Assembly (NCBI GenBank): GCA_964526795.1
Contig: CAZGMF010000004.1
Span: forward strand, 15,675 to 48,671
Reading direction: 5' to 3'
Length of the DNA stretch: 32,997 bases
From: an uncultured Clavibacter sp.
GTDB taxonomy: Bacteria > Actinomycetota > Actinomycetes > Nanopelagicales > Nanopelagicaceae
Shown here: one piece after another, positions 9,867 through 17,628 of the stretch
How the letters are laid out: the number at the start of each line of letters is the position of its first letter
Numbering within the stretch: position 1 is the first letter of the stretch
Position numbers and translations under genes: made by a program
Notes under the pieces: generated by a model
Database searches by the model: none
Told to the model about the DNA's origin: nothing
The model's input: the letters and a program-made list of their open reading frames with translations, nothing else

Positions 9867-10720
9867 AACGTGGCTCGAGGAAAGACATGAAGTCGCGCTT
9901 TGCCGATGGAACTCTTGCAATCTTCGCAACGGCCATACGTCTTATTATCGATTCGCTCTAAAGCTCGCTCAGTTTGCAGGACCATATCTCTAGCGTTGTA
10001 GACAAGTGACATTTCATGTTCGCGTTCGAAGGTCTTCGATCCGGCATCTGCTTGGTCATCGCCGGCGCCAACGCCCGAGGCCTCGATCAATGCGTCCATC
10101 TCATTTTCGACCTCTTCGAGTTCCTTCTTCAAACGAACGAGATCTTTTGCAAGTTCACTTCGAATCGCTTTCATTTCCGTTGCGGTCCAACTCTCGCTTC
10201 CCTCTTCTACGACAAGTGGTGCGGGTGCAGCCTTGATCGGTTTCAATGATGGAGCCTTTTTCCCGGGCTTGGGCTTACGAACCGGCGGCGGAAGTACCAA
10301 ACGTTTCTCTGCTACGACGACGACATCGCTGGCTTCGACTTCTGGTTTATAGACCGAAATTGTTGTTGCGCCCTTAGCGGTTGAACTTGTGAGTGCGGTC
10401 TTATGTGCGCCTTTGATGATGGCGGCCTGCGGCTTCTTGGCTGGAAGAGGCTTCTTGGGTGGAAGTGGTTTCTTGGCCGGAGCGACTTTCTTGGCAGGAG
10501 ACTTTTTCGCCACAGTTTTCTTAGCCGGAACTTTCTTGGTGGGAGATTTTTTTGCCGGAGATTTCTTCGCTACAGATTTCTTTGCTTTGGCAGCTGGCGC
10601 TGGCTTGGACTTCTTAGTGAAGCGCGAGACCGCCTTGGATAACTTCTTTTTCAGTGGCACAACGGCGAAGGCTAGCAGGGGCGCGCAATTCATTCGCACG
10701 ATCGATGTATTAGACTTCAC
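9830..10720 (-). CDS. DksA/TraR-family C4 zinc-finger protein with an N-terminal lysine/alanine/proline-rich, histone-H1-like tail
   Basis: The C-terminus has a coiled-coil region followed by CEDC-N17-CMVC, which is the DksA/TraR C4 finger. Residues ~24-97 are (A/P)KK(S/V)PAKK-type repeats. It lies between ileS and lspA, as DksA-like genes do in other actinobacteria. The start is uncertain: GTG 10720, ATG 10693 and GTG 10660 are all possible, and none has a well-spaced SD. Confidence 0.8.
   Translation of the reverse strand: MKSNTSIVRMNCAPLLAFAVVPLKKKLSKAVSRFTKKSKPAPAAKAKKSVAKKSPAKKSPTKKVPAKKTVAKKSPAKKVAPAKKPLPPKKPLPAKKPQAAIIKGAHKTALTSSTAKGATTISVYKPEVEASDVVVVAEKRLVLPPPVRKPKPGKKAPSLKPIKAAPAPLVVEEGSESWTATEMKAIRSELAKDLVRLKKELEEVENEMDALIEASGVGAGDDQADAGSKTFEREHEMSLVYNARDMVLQTERALERIDNKTYGRCEDCKSSIGKARLHVFPRATLCMVCKQKEERR
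10430..10651 (-). repeat. In-frame low-complexity tandem repeat encoding the KK-(S/V/P)-P-A-KK basic tail
   Basis: The plus strand shows reiterated ttcttggc-nGGa / tttcttcgc units. On the minus strand these translate to KKSVAKKSPAKKSPTKKVPAKKTVAKKSPAKKVAPAKKPLPPKKPLPAKKP. Confidence 0.8.
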
Positions 10721-10759
10721 CTCTCTTACAGCAACGCGTTGACCGGGCCATCACCTGCG

Positions 10760-10944
10760 AGCGAGTCGGAAGAAATGAGCCTTCGGGCTTATCTAGAACT
10801 GACGTAAGAATCACGAAGCGGCAGTCTCGGCTGCAAGGCGGGTGGTACCGCGGTCTTGAAAGTAGATCGCCCCTCCACATCAATTCAATGTTCATCACTG
10901 ACATGGCTCTCCATGGCGATGATGAAGAATCGATAGGAGGAATA
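10760..10944 (+). promoter_or_regulatory. T-box riboregulator leader of ileS (Ile specifier AUC), probably controlling translation
   Basis: A canonical T-box core, AAGGCGGGUGGUACCGCGG, lies at 10835-10853, with a UGGU bulge that could pair with the tRNA 3' end. Upstream is a short Stem I (GCC-UUCG-GGC, 10779-10788) followed by AUC at 10791-10793. A GCAG-UCUCGG-CUGC hairpin (Stem III) immediately precedes the T-box core. Downstream, CCCUCC (10871-10876) can pair either with GGCGGG of the T-box or with the SD AGGAGG (10935-10940). The 5' boundary is approximate. Confidence 0.8.
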
Positions 10945-13900
10945 GTGGGCAACAAATCGCCTTTCGTGGCGCTCTCTCCTCAGATCGATCTCCCCGTAAT
11001 CGAACGCGAGATCCTCACTTTTTGGCAGACCCAAGAGATATTCCATCAAAGCCTGGCGCAACGCGCTGGTGGTGAATCGTGGACTTTCTACGAAGGCCCA
11101 CCAACCGCAAATGGGATGCCAGGCACTCATCACATCGAAGCACGAGTTTTCAAAGATGTCTTTCCACGCTTCCACACCATGAAGGGCAAACATGTCATCC
11201 GCAAAGCTGGATGGGATTGCCACGGATTGCCGGTGGAGATTGCGGTAGAGAAAGAACTCGGTTTCTCCGGAAAAGGCGATATCGAGAAATTTGGAATCGC
11301 CGCATTCAACGATAAGTGTCGCGAATCGGTCCAACGCCACGTTGATGCATTCACTGCGATGACAGAACGAATGGGATTCTGGGTCGATTTCGATCAGGCG
11401 TATTGGACGATGTCTGATGAATACATAGAAAGTGTCTGGTGGTCTCTTGCCCAGATACATAAGAAAGGTCTGCTGGTACAAGATCACCGCGTTGCTCCGT
11501 ATTGCCCGCGCTGTGGAACAGGTCTCTCGGATCACGAATTGGCCCAAGGTTATGAAACAGTCACAGATCCTTCGGTCTATGTACGTTTCCCCGTCACTTC
11601 CGGTCCACTTGCCGAACTCGGCGCGCAGTTGCTGGTTTGGACTACCACGCCGTGGACCTTGGTTTCCAACACTGCTGTAGCGGTTCACCCCGATGTCGAT
11701 TATGTCGTCGCGCGAACGAAAGCCACCGATGAGAAGCCGAGCGAGACTCTCGTTATTGCAGAAGCGCTTCTCGGCACAATCGGTGCCGATTCAGAAATTC
11801 TCACTCGACTCAAAGGAAAAGATTTAGAGCGCACTCCATACAAACGACCATTGGATCTGGTTGAGATTCCTGATTCGCATTTTGTACTCCTGGCAGATTA
11901 CGTCACCGTGGAGGATGGAACGGGGCTTGTTCACCAATCCCCTGCCTTCGGCGCAGATGATCTTGCGACCTGTCGAAGATACGGGCTACCGGTAATCAAT
12001 CCGATTGAACCTAATGGGAATTTCGAAGTGGGGGTGCCACTTGTCGGTTCGATGTTCTTCAAAGATGCCGACAAGATTCTCGTCAAAGAACTGAAATCCC
12101 GCGGTGTTCTCTTCCGCCACCAGCCATATGAACACTCCTATCCGCATTGCTGGAGATGCCATACCCCATTGATCTATTACGCCCAACCTTCCTGGTACAT
12201 CCGCACGACCAAAATAAAAGAAGCACTACTGCGTGAGAACAACAAGACTGATTGGCATCCAGAAACGATCAAGACTGGTCGTTATGGCGATTGGCTCAAT
12301 AACAACATCGATTGGGCTCTTTCAAGAAGTCGTTATTGGGGAACGCCACTTCCTGTGTGGAAGTGCGAGTCCAAGCATGAACGTGCCGTCGAATCTCGCG
12401 CTGAATTAGCAAGGCTGGCGAAGAAAGATCTCACTTCTCTCGAACTTCATCGCCCATATGTCGATGAGATCACTTTCCCTTGTCCCCAATGTCAAGCCAC
12501 CATGACGCGCACCACTGAGGTTATCGACTGCTGGTATGACTCAGGGGCAATGCCATTTGCTCAATGGGGCTATCCGCATAAAGAAGGTTCGACCGGCAAA
12601 TTCAAAGAAGCATATCCCGCAGATTTCATCTGCGAGGCGATCGATCAGACGCGCGGTTGGTTCTACACCTTGATGGCGATCGGAACATTGGTCTTTGATC
12701 AATCCTCATACAAGACAGTTCTCTGTCTCGGCCACATCCTCGATAAGGATGGACGGAAGATGAGCAAACATCTGGGAAATGTTCTTGAACCTATGGCGCT
12801 GATGGATCGACATGGCGCAGATGCCGTGCGTTGGTACATGCTCGCTTCCGGTTCGCCGTGGAGCGCTCGCCGCGTGGGTCATGAAGCCATCTCCGAGGTA
12901 GTGCGCAAGAGCCTGTTGACCTACTGGAACACCGTTTCATTCCTTGCCCTTTATGCCTCAGCCTCTGATTTCGCGCTGGGTGCACCGTTGAAAATCAAAG
13001 ATCGGCCAATGATGGATCGTTGGATTCTCAGCGAATTGAATGCTCTAGTAAAAACCACGGATGAGGCATACGCGAACTTTGATTCGCAAGGTGCAGGAAA
13101 TGCCATAGCGACATTCATCGACGATCTCTCGAATTGGTATGTCCGACGATCACGACGCAGATTCTGGGATGGCGAGGTCGCGGCGCTAACAACGCTCTAT
13201 GAGTGCATCGAGACTTTGACTTTGGTTATGGCGCCGATGGTTCCCTTCATCACCGAACATGTCTGGCAAGTATTGATCAAGAAGGTGCGAAGTGATCAAC
13301 CTCAATCTGTTCATCTCGCAGACTTCCCGATCTCTGATTCATCGGCGATCGAAACAAAACTTTCCAGCGATGTCGCGTTGACCCGGCGTCTGGTTGAACT
13401 CGGACGTGCATCTCGTGCCCAATCCCAGGTAAAGATTCGCCAACCTCTTTCGCGCGCCCTAATCGCAGCCCCTGGCTGGAAATCCCTCGATGCTGAATTG
13501 AAAGAGCAAATCGCCGATGAACTCAATGTCATCGCTCTCGATGATCTCTCTGGAGCAGGAGGTGACCTTGTGGATGTTTCAATAAAAGCGAACTTCCGTT
13601 CTCTCGGTGCTCGCTACGGCGGGGATGTCCAAGCGATCGCAAAATCACTAACAGCAATGGATGCAACAGAACTTGTTGCCCAAGTACGTCGTGAAGGAAA
13701 AGTCGTGATTTCCTATGGTTCATCAGAAGCAGAGATCAGTGAGGCAGACCTAGTCATCACTGAGACTCCTCGCACCGGATGGGCTGTGGCATCTCACTCT
13801 GGAGAGAGCGTTGCGCTGGATCTCACTCTTACCCCCGAGCTCATCGCCCAAGGCATCGTCCGTGAAGCAATCCGTGCCATCCAAGATAAACGGAAAGAAT

Positions 13901-14091
13901 CCGGTTTCGATGTCTCAGATCGAATCGATGTCCGATGGAATGCTGCTGCGGAGAACGTTTCAGCCATCGAATCTGGCGCAGTACATATCAGCGAAGAGGT
14001 GTTGGCACTTACTTTTACTCGCGATGAGAAGATCAAGACCAGTGATGAAGAACTTGGGTTAGCCCTTCACCTCACTCGACACCCGAACTAG
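10945..14091 (+). CDS. ileS: Isoleucyl-tRNA synthetase (type 2, without a C-terminal zinc-finger domain)
   Basis: Class-I aaRS motifs are present: PPTANGMPGTHH (HIGH region) and KMSKHLGN (KMSKS), plus the editing-domain insertion. I chose GTG at 10945 because a perfect AGGAGG lies 4 nt upstream. The ORF-track ATG at 10888 lies inside the T-box sequestrator helix. Confidence 0.95.
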   Translation: MGNKSPFVALSPQIDLPVIEREILTFWQTQEIFHQSLAQRAGGESWTFYEGPPTANGMPGTHHIEARVFKDVFPRFHTMKGKHVIRKAGWDCHGLPVEIAVEKELGFSGKGDIEKFGIAAFNDKCRESVQRHVDAFTAMTERMGFWVDFDQAYWTMSDEYIESVWWSLAQIHKKGLLVQDHRVAPYCPRCGTGLSDHELAQGYETVTDPSVYVRFPVTSGPLAELGAQLLVWTTTPWTLVSNTAVAVHPDVDYVVARTKATDEKPSETLVIAEALLGTIGADSEILTRLKGKDLERTPYKRPLDLVEIPDSHFVLLADYVTVEDGTGLVHQSPAFGADDLATCRRYGLPVINPIEPNGNFEVGVPLVGSMFFKDADKILVKELKSRGVLFRHQPYEHSYPHCWRCHTPLIYYAQPSWYIRTTKIKEALLRENNKTDWHPETIKTGRYGDWLNNNIDWALSRSRYWGTPLPVWKCESKHERAVESRAELARLAKKDLTSLELHRPYVDEITFPCPQCQATMTRTTEVIDCWYDSGAMPFAQWGYPHKEGSTGKFKEAYPADFICEAIDQTRGWFYTLMAIGTLVFDQSSYKTVLCLGHILDKDGRKMSKHLGNVLEPMALMDRHGADAVRWYMLASGSPWSARRVGHEAISEVVRKSLLTYWNTVSFLALYASASDFALGAPLKIKDRPMMDRWILSELNALVKTTDEAYANFDSQGAGNAIATFIDDLSNWYVRRSRRRFWDGEVAALTTLYECIETLTLVMAPMVPFITEHVWQVLIKKVRSDQPQSVHLADFPISDSSAIETKLSSDVALTRRLVELGRASRAQSQVKIRQPLSRALIAAPGWKSLDAELKEQIADELNVIALDDLSGAGGDLVDVSIKANFRSLGARYGGDVQAIAKSLTAMDATELVAQVRREGKVVISYGSSEAEISEADLVITETPRTGWAVASHSGESVALDLTLTPELIAQGIVREAIRAIQDKRKESGFDVSDRIDVRWNAAAENVSAIESGAVHISEEVLALTFTRDEKIKTSDEELGLALHLTRHPN

Positions 14092-14114
14092 CGCCAAGTC
14101 GAACAGAAAACCAA

Positions 14115-14897
14115 TCAAAAGGAGCTGCGAATCTCCCAGAGATCTGGAAATACCGGATGAAAGAGAGTGCTAGCCAAATAATCAGCACCACTTGAACCAC
14201 CCGTTCCAGTTTTGTGACCGATTGTTCGCTCGACCATCTTTACATGACGATAACGCCACTCTTGTAAGCCTTCGTCGATATCGACAAGTCGCTCGCAAAC
14301 AAGACTTGCCTCCGGATCTTTTCTATGGAGATCGATGAGGGCATCCTGAACTTTCTTCTCTGGCTTGTAGGCGATGGTGGTATCGCGGTTGAGAATCTCT
14401 GCAGGTATCGAGAATCCGCGTCCATGGACGTATCGCAACATCGAGTCCCAAATGGAACGAACTTTCATATGGCCTTCGACTCGGATCCGATCATCAGGAA
14501 GCAGATGTGTTGCTGCGCGAGAATCCCTTCGGCCGAGCAGAGCTTCCACTTCGCGGAATTGGGCGGATTGGAAACCTGACGATGCACCGAGTCGATCCCG
14601 GAAGGAATTGAATTGAAGTGGTGTCATCGTTTCCAAGATATCTACTTGAGCGACGCAGATCTTCAAGATAGTACGGATTCGACCCAAAATCGATAACGCC
14701 CGATGAGTATCGCCCTTTTCCAGGGAAACTTGTGCTGCTTTGAATTCATGGATCAGTTCTTTGAACCAAAGCTCATAACTCTGGTGAATGACGATGAAGA
14801 GAAGTTCATCATGCTCGCCAGAAAGGGGATTTTGCAGGTCGAGAAGTTCATCTACTTTGAGATAGGAGCTGTAATTCGAGGCGGATTCGCTGCTCAT
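14115..14897 (-). CDS. kynA: Tryptophan 2,3-dioxygenase
   Basis: 260 aa with YSSYLKVDELLDLQNPLS..HDELLFIVIHQSYELWFK, SGFQSAQFR and GTGGSSG..YL, all typical of bacterial TDO. Its ATG overlaps the kynU stop as ATGA (14894-14897). Confidence 0.88.
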   Translation of the reverse strand: MSSESASNYSSYLKVDELLDLQNPLSGEHDELLFIVIHQSYELWFKELIHEFKAAQVSLEKGDTHRALSILGRIRTILKICVAQVDILETMTPLQFNSFRDRLGASSGFQSAQFREVEALLGRRDSRAATHLLPDDRIRVEGHMKVRSIWDSMLRYVHGRGFSIPAEILNRDTTIAYKPEKKVQDALIDLHRKDPEASLVCERLVDIDEGLQEWRYRHVKMVERTIGHKTGTGGSSGADYLASTLFHPVFPDLWEIRSSF

Positions 14898-16159
14898 GTA
14901 ACTCTCGAATCCTGTCCTGAAATCTCCTCATATTTTCTCGATGCGACTAAGTCACGTATCCGCTGGAAGCCGTCATAGACCTCGACATAAGAGGTAGCAA
15001 GTGGCGAGATCGCGACTCGGATTGAATTGGGGACGCGGTAATCAGGGATGACATTGGCGAACTTTCGCAGAGCGACCGAAATGCGCTCCGCTTCGGGATG
15101 GACCAGAGAAATATGTCCGCCACGTGATCTGGCATCGCGAGGAGTATTGAGCGTGAATCCCAGAGGAGCGAGCCATTGGTCAAAAAGAGCGATCATCATC
15201 GATGTTCCTGCCGCAGCCTTCTTCTCAATGGCAGCAATTCCTGCCAATTCGATCATCTCAAATGCGCTCTTGATAGAACGAAGTCCCATCAGTGATGGGC
15301 TTGCAATTTGAAAGCCACGAATAGATTGATCTTTCTCAAATGTGGGGCCCATCGCGAATTGATCCCGCTGTGCGAACCAACCTTGAATCGGCACGTGGAG
15401 CTCGTGCTGCATCTTCTTTGAGACGTAGAGCCAGGCGGGAGCGCCAGGGCCGGAGTTGCCATATTTGTAGGTACAACCAACTGCAAGTCCTACCTGATTG
15501 GAATCGAAATCCAACTGAACTGAACCGATCGCGTGAGCGGCATCCCAGAGCATGAGTGCGCCATGCTTTGCGACTACATCATTGATTGCTTTGATGTTCT
15601 GTCGAGCACCTGATCTGTATTGGACGACTTCGAGACTGACCAGAGCAACATCATCGCTCATATATTTCTCGAGAAGTTCTGGAGTGATCAATTCATGTTG
15701 GGCAATAGATGGGTCTTCGTTATCGATCACGACTAATGTCAAACCGAGATTCTTTGCAAGACCTTGCAGGATGTATCGATCAGTAGGGAAGTTAGCAGCA
15801 TCGGTGATGATCGTCTTTCGGCCTGAGCGCGCTGCAATCGCTGCAGAAGCGAGTTGGTAGAAGTTGACTGAGGTTGTGTCACAGGCGAGTACTTGGCCGG
15901 CAGCGGCACCGAGAGCGCTTCTGCCGATGAGATCTCCGACCGATTGGGCCTCATCGACCCAATGTGACCAGCCAGTGACTACCTCTCTACCCCACTCCTG
16001 CGTGAGGAATTCATTGATGGCGCGAATCGTGGCGTGAGGCAATCGGCCGAGCGAATTCCCATCCAGGTAGCAAGTATCCGGATCTGCGATGACGAATTGT
16101 TCTTTGAAACTATGAAGCGGATCTCTCTGATCAAGTTCGAGTGCGGCGCTGCGTTCCAC
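14894..16159 (-). CDS. kynU: Kynureninase (PLP-dependent)
   Basis: 421 aa with LDQRDPL..FKEQF, YLDGNSLG, WDAAHAIG, CTYKYGNSGPGAPAW and DYRVPNSIRVAISPL, matching the kynureninase family. The start is GTG with GGAAGGGG upstream. Confidence 0.88.
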   Translation of the reverse strand: MERSAALELDQRDPLHSFKEQFVIADPDTCYLDGNSLGRLPHATIRAINEFLTQEWGREVVTGWSHWVDEAQSVGDLIGRSALGAAAGQVLACDTTSVNFYQLASAAIAARSGRKTIITDAANFPTDRYILQGLAKNLGLTLVVIDNEDPSIAQHELITPELLEKYMSDDVALVSLEVVQYRSGARQNIKAINDVVAKHGALMLWDAAHAIGSVQLDFDSNQVGLAVGCTYKYGNSGPGAPAWLYVSKKMQHELHVPIQGWFAQRDQFAMGPTFEKDQSIRGFQIASPSLMGLRSIKSAFEMIELAGIAAIEKKAAAGTSMMIALFDQWLAPLGFTLNTPRDARSRGGHISLVHPEAERISVALRKFANVIPDYRVPNSIRVAISPLATSYVEVYDGFQRIRDLVASRKYEEISGQDSRVT

Positions 16160-16214
16160 CTTCGCCCCTTCCTCGATCTTTCCCTCGACGTAACAGAACT
16201 TCTCGAGTGGGTGA

Positions 16215-16493
16215 CTATCTCAAGAAGTTGCTCAGTAATTGAACCCCAAAGAAGAGGATTATGAAAGAGAGGTCGAGGGCGACTGGGCCGAGACGTAACG
16301 GTGGCACGAAACGACGGACGAAGGAGAGTGGCCTATCGGTGATGGTGTAGATGATTTCGAGAAGCGGAAGCAAGATTCCACGTGGTCGCCAGCCAGGCTT
16401 GAACATTCGAACATAGTCAATGATCAATCGTGCAAAGAGCGCGAAAAGAAAGAGATCAAGGAGGGTGGCGATCCACCCAGTGACGTTAACCAC
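16215..16493 (-). CDS. yggT: YggT-family integral membrane protein (the Ylm cluster protein downstream of sepF)
   Basis: 92 aa with two hydrophobic segments and a YggT-like LIIDYV..W....P motif. It occupies the conserved position after sepF. The start is GTG. Confidence 0.85.
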   Translation of the reverse strand: MVNVTGWIATLLDLFLFALFARLIIDYVRMFKPGWRPRGILLPLLEIIYTITDRPLSFVRRFVPPLRLGPVALDLSFIILFFGVQLLSNFLR

Positions 16494-16505
16494 GAAGTGA
16501 GGTGA

Positions 16506-16952
16506 TCAGCTCTGGTTGAAAAAAGATGCCTCTGCCGCTGCGCTCTTCTCTTCACTGCTGATGGAGACATGAGGCGGGGTGAGCAAGAAGACGCGCGATG
16601 TGACCTTCTCGATCTTTCCAGAGTGTCCGAAAACTAAACCAGATGCAAAATCAATCAGACGCTTACGCTCTGAATCATCCATATTGTCGAGATTCATAAT
16701 CACAGGATTTCCTTCACGGTAGTACTCGCCGATTGCGCGTACATCGCCGTAAACACGGGGCGTGATGGAAACGATGCGATCCATGCTCTGTGGTTGAGCA
16801 GCGACAGCAGGTGTGGAAGTAGCAACTGCAAGTCGAGTCTTCGGTGCGGCCACGGGGGAAGTGGTTCCGATGCGAGCTGGGGTTGAACTCTCCAACTCTT
16901 CGCCCTCGGTCAGGCCGAGGTAATCAGTGAATTTTTTCAATGCGTTAGCCAT
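16506..16952 (-). CDS. sepF: Cell division protein SepF (FtsZ membrane tether)
   Basis: It has the N-terminal amphipathic helix MANALKKFTDYLGL and the C-terminal SepF domain (IVSITPRVYGDVRAIGEYYREGNPVIMNL...RLIDFASGL). The ORF-track start at 17048 would overlap yggS by 86 nt. The ATG at 16952 lies 10 nt after the yggS stop. Confidence 0.9.
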   Translation of the reverse strand: MANALKKFTDYLGLTEGEELESSTPARIGTTSPVAAPKTRLAVATSTPAVAAQPQSMDRIVSITPRVYGDVRAIGEYYREGNPVIMNLDNMDDSERKRLIDFASGLVFGHSGKIEKVTSRVFLLTPPHVSISSEEKSAAAEASFFNQS

Positions 16953-16962
16953 GAGCGAAATT

Positions 16963-17628
16963 TTAGAGTGGCGAGTGTCGAGAGCCGAGGATTGAACTGC
17001 CCAATCGAAGATGTGTCGCTCCAAAACGAAGGGCGATCTCGAAATCATCGCTCATTCCCGCCGATATCGCGGTGGCTTGTGGCACCTGATGACTCACCTG
17101 GTCCGATAGCGCTTGAAGTCGAGCAAAAGCTCGAGCCGGATCACCGTGAAGTGGCGCAATTCCCATCACTCCCACAAGTTCTAGCCCCGACAAATTGATC
17201 ATTGCTTCAATCAATGCATCGAGATTCTTTGGGTCCACACCGCCACGAATTCCAGGTTCGGGATCAAGACTGATCTGCACAAATACTTTCTGCCTCTTTC
17301 CCATCTCGGATGCGATAGCGGAGATCTTCTCTGCATGTCGCAGTTCATCGAGGGAATGGATGTAGTCGGCCCAGGAAAGGATGGAGCGAATCTTCTGACT
17401 CTGAATCTCGCCTTGAAAATGCCAGATAGCATCATTGGGAAGGATCGAAGATTTTGCTTGGCCTTCGCTATCTCGATTCTCCGCAAAATTCCGCTCGCCA
17501 AGGTCATAGAGCAGCTGCGCATCGCTGACGGGGAAGGTCTTGGTCACAACAATCAATGTCCGATCCGACGGGATCTTGGAATGGATCTCCGCTAAACGCT
17601 CCCTTAGTTCCTCGATCCTCGAACTCAC
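16963..17628 (-). CDS. yggS: YggS/YlmE-family pyridoxal-phosphate homeostasis protein
   Basis: 221 aa alanine-racemase-N-fold protein with LIVVTKTFP (PLP lysine), WHFQGEIQSQK and LSAGMSDDFEIA..GAT.LRLGS. Its GTG overlaps the pgeF stop as GTGA. Confidence 0.9.
   Translation of the reverse strand: MSSRIEELRERLAEIHSKIPSDRTLIVVTKTFPVSDAQLLYDLGERNFAENRDSEGQAKSSILPNDAIWHFQGEIQSQKIRSILSWADYIHSLDELRHAEKISAIASEMGKRQKVFVQISLDPEPGIRGGVDPKNLDALIEAMINLSGLELVGVMGIAPLHGDPARAFARLQALSDQVSHQVPQATAISAGMSDDFEIALRFGATHLRLGSSILGSRHSPL

Noticed and set aside
10430-10651. Periodic ~24-30-nt DNA repeats that might suggest a CRISPR array or a non-coding tandem repeat
   Set aside because: The units are imperfect, contiguous (no unique spacers), in frame, and encode a coherent KKxPAKK peptide repeat continuous with a zinc-finger domain. 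This is a coding low-complexity region, not a CRISPR array.
10389-10742. 117-aa plus-strand ORF with FLAG/FFA repeats
   Set aside because: It is the reverse-strand reading of the lysine-codon repeat (AAG/AAA read as CTT/TTT) of the DksA-like gene. The periodicity comes from the minus-strand coding repeat.
10810-10812. Alternative AUC specifier (gaAUCAcg) for the ileS T-box
   Set aside because: It is followed by the usual purine, but it lies outside the Stem I internal loop defined by the GCC-UUCG-GGC hairpin. AUC at 10791-10793 is better placed. This is kept as an alternative only, and a covariance-model alignment would decide.
10885-11688. 267-aa ORF on the minus strand opposite the 5' part of ileS
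   Set aside because: It is entirely antisense to a high-confidence ileS coding region with clear class-I synthetase motifs. The translation has no recognisable domain and an odd composition (rich in R, C, F and S). It would also run through the T-box leader. It is a typical shadow ORF.
14092-14114. Possible bidirectional terminator between the convergent ileS and kynA genes
   Set aside because: The gap is only 23 nt (gcgccaagtcgaacagaaaaccaa), with no inverted repeat or U/A tracts. No terminator call can be supported.
14115-16159. kynU-kynA as a recently acquired genomic island
   Set aside because: There are no flanking repeats, tRNA, integrase or transposase. By eye, base composition and the overlapping-gene style match the neighbours. 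Only the synteny argument is kept (see findings). Horizontal origin cannot be claimed from this window.
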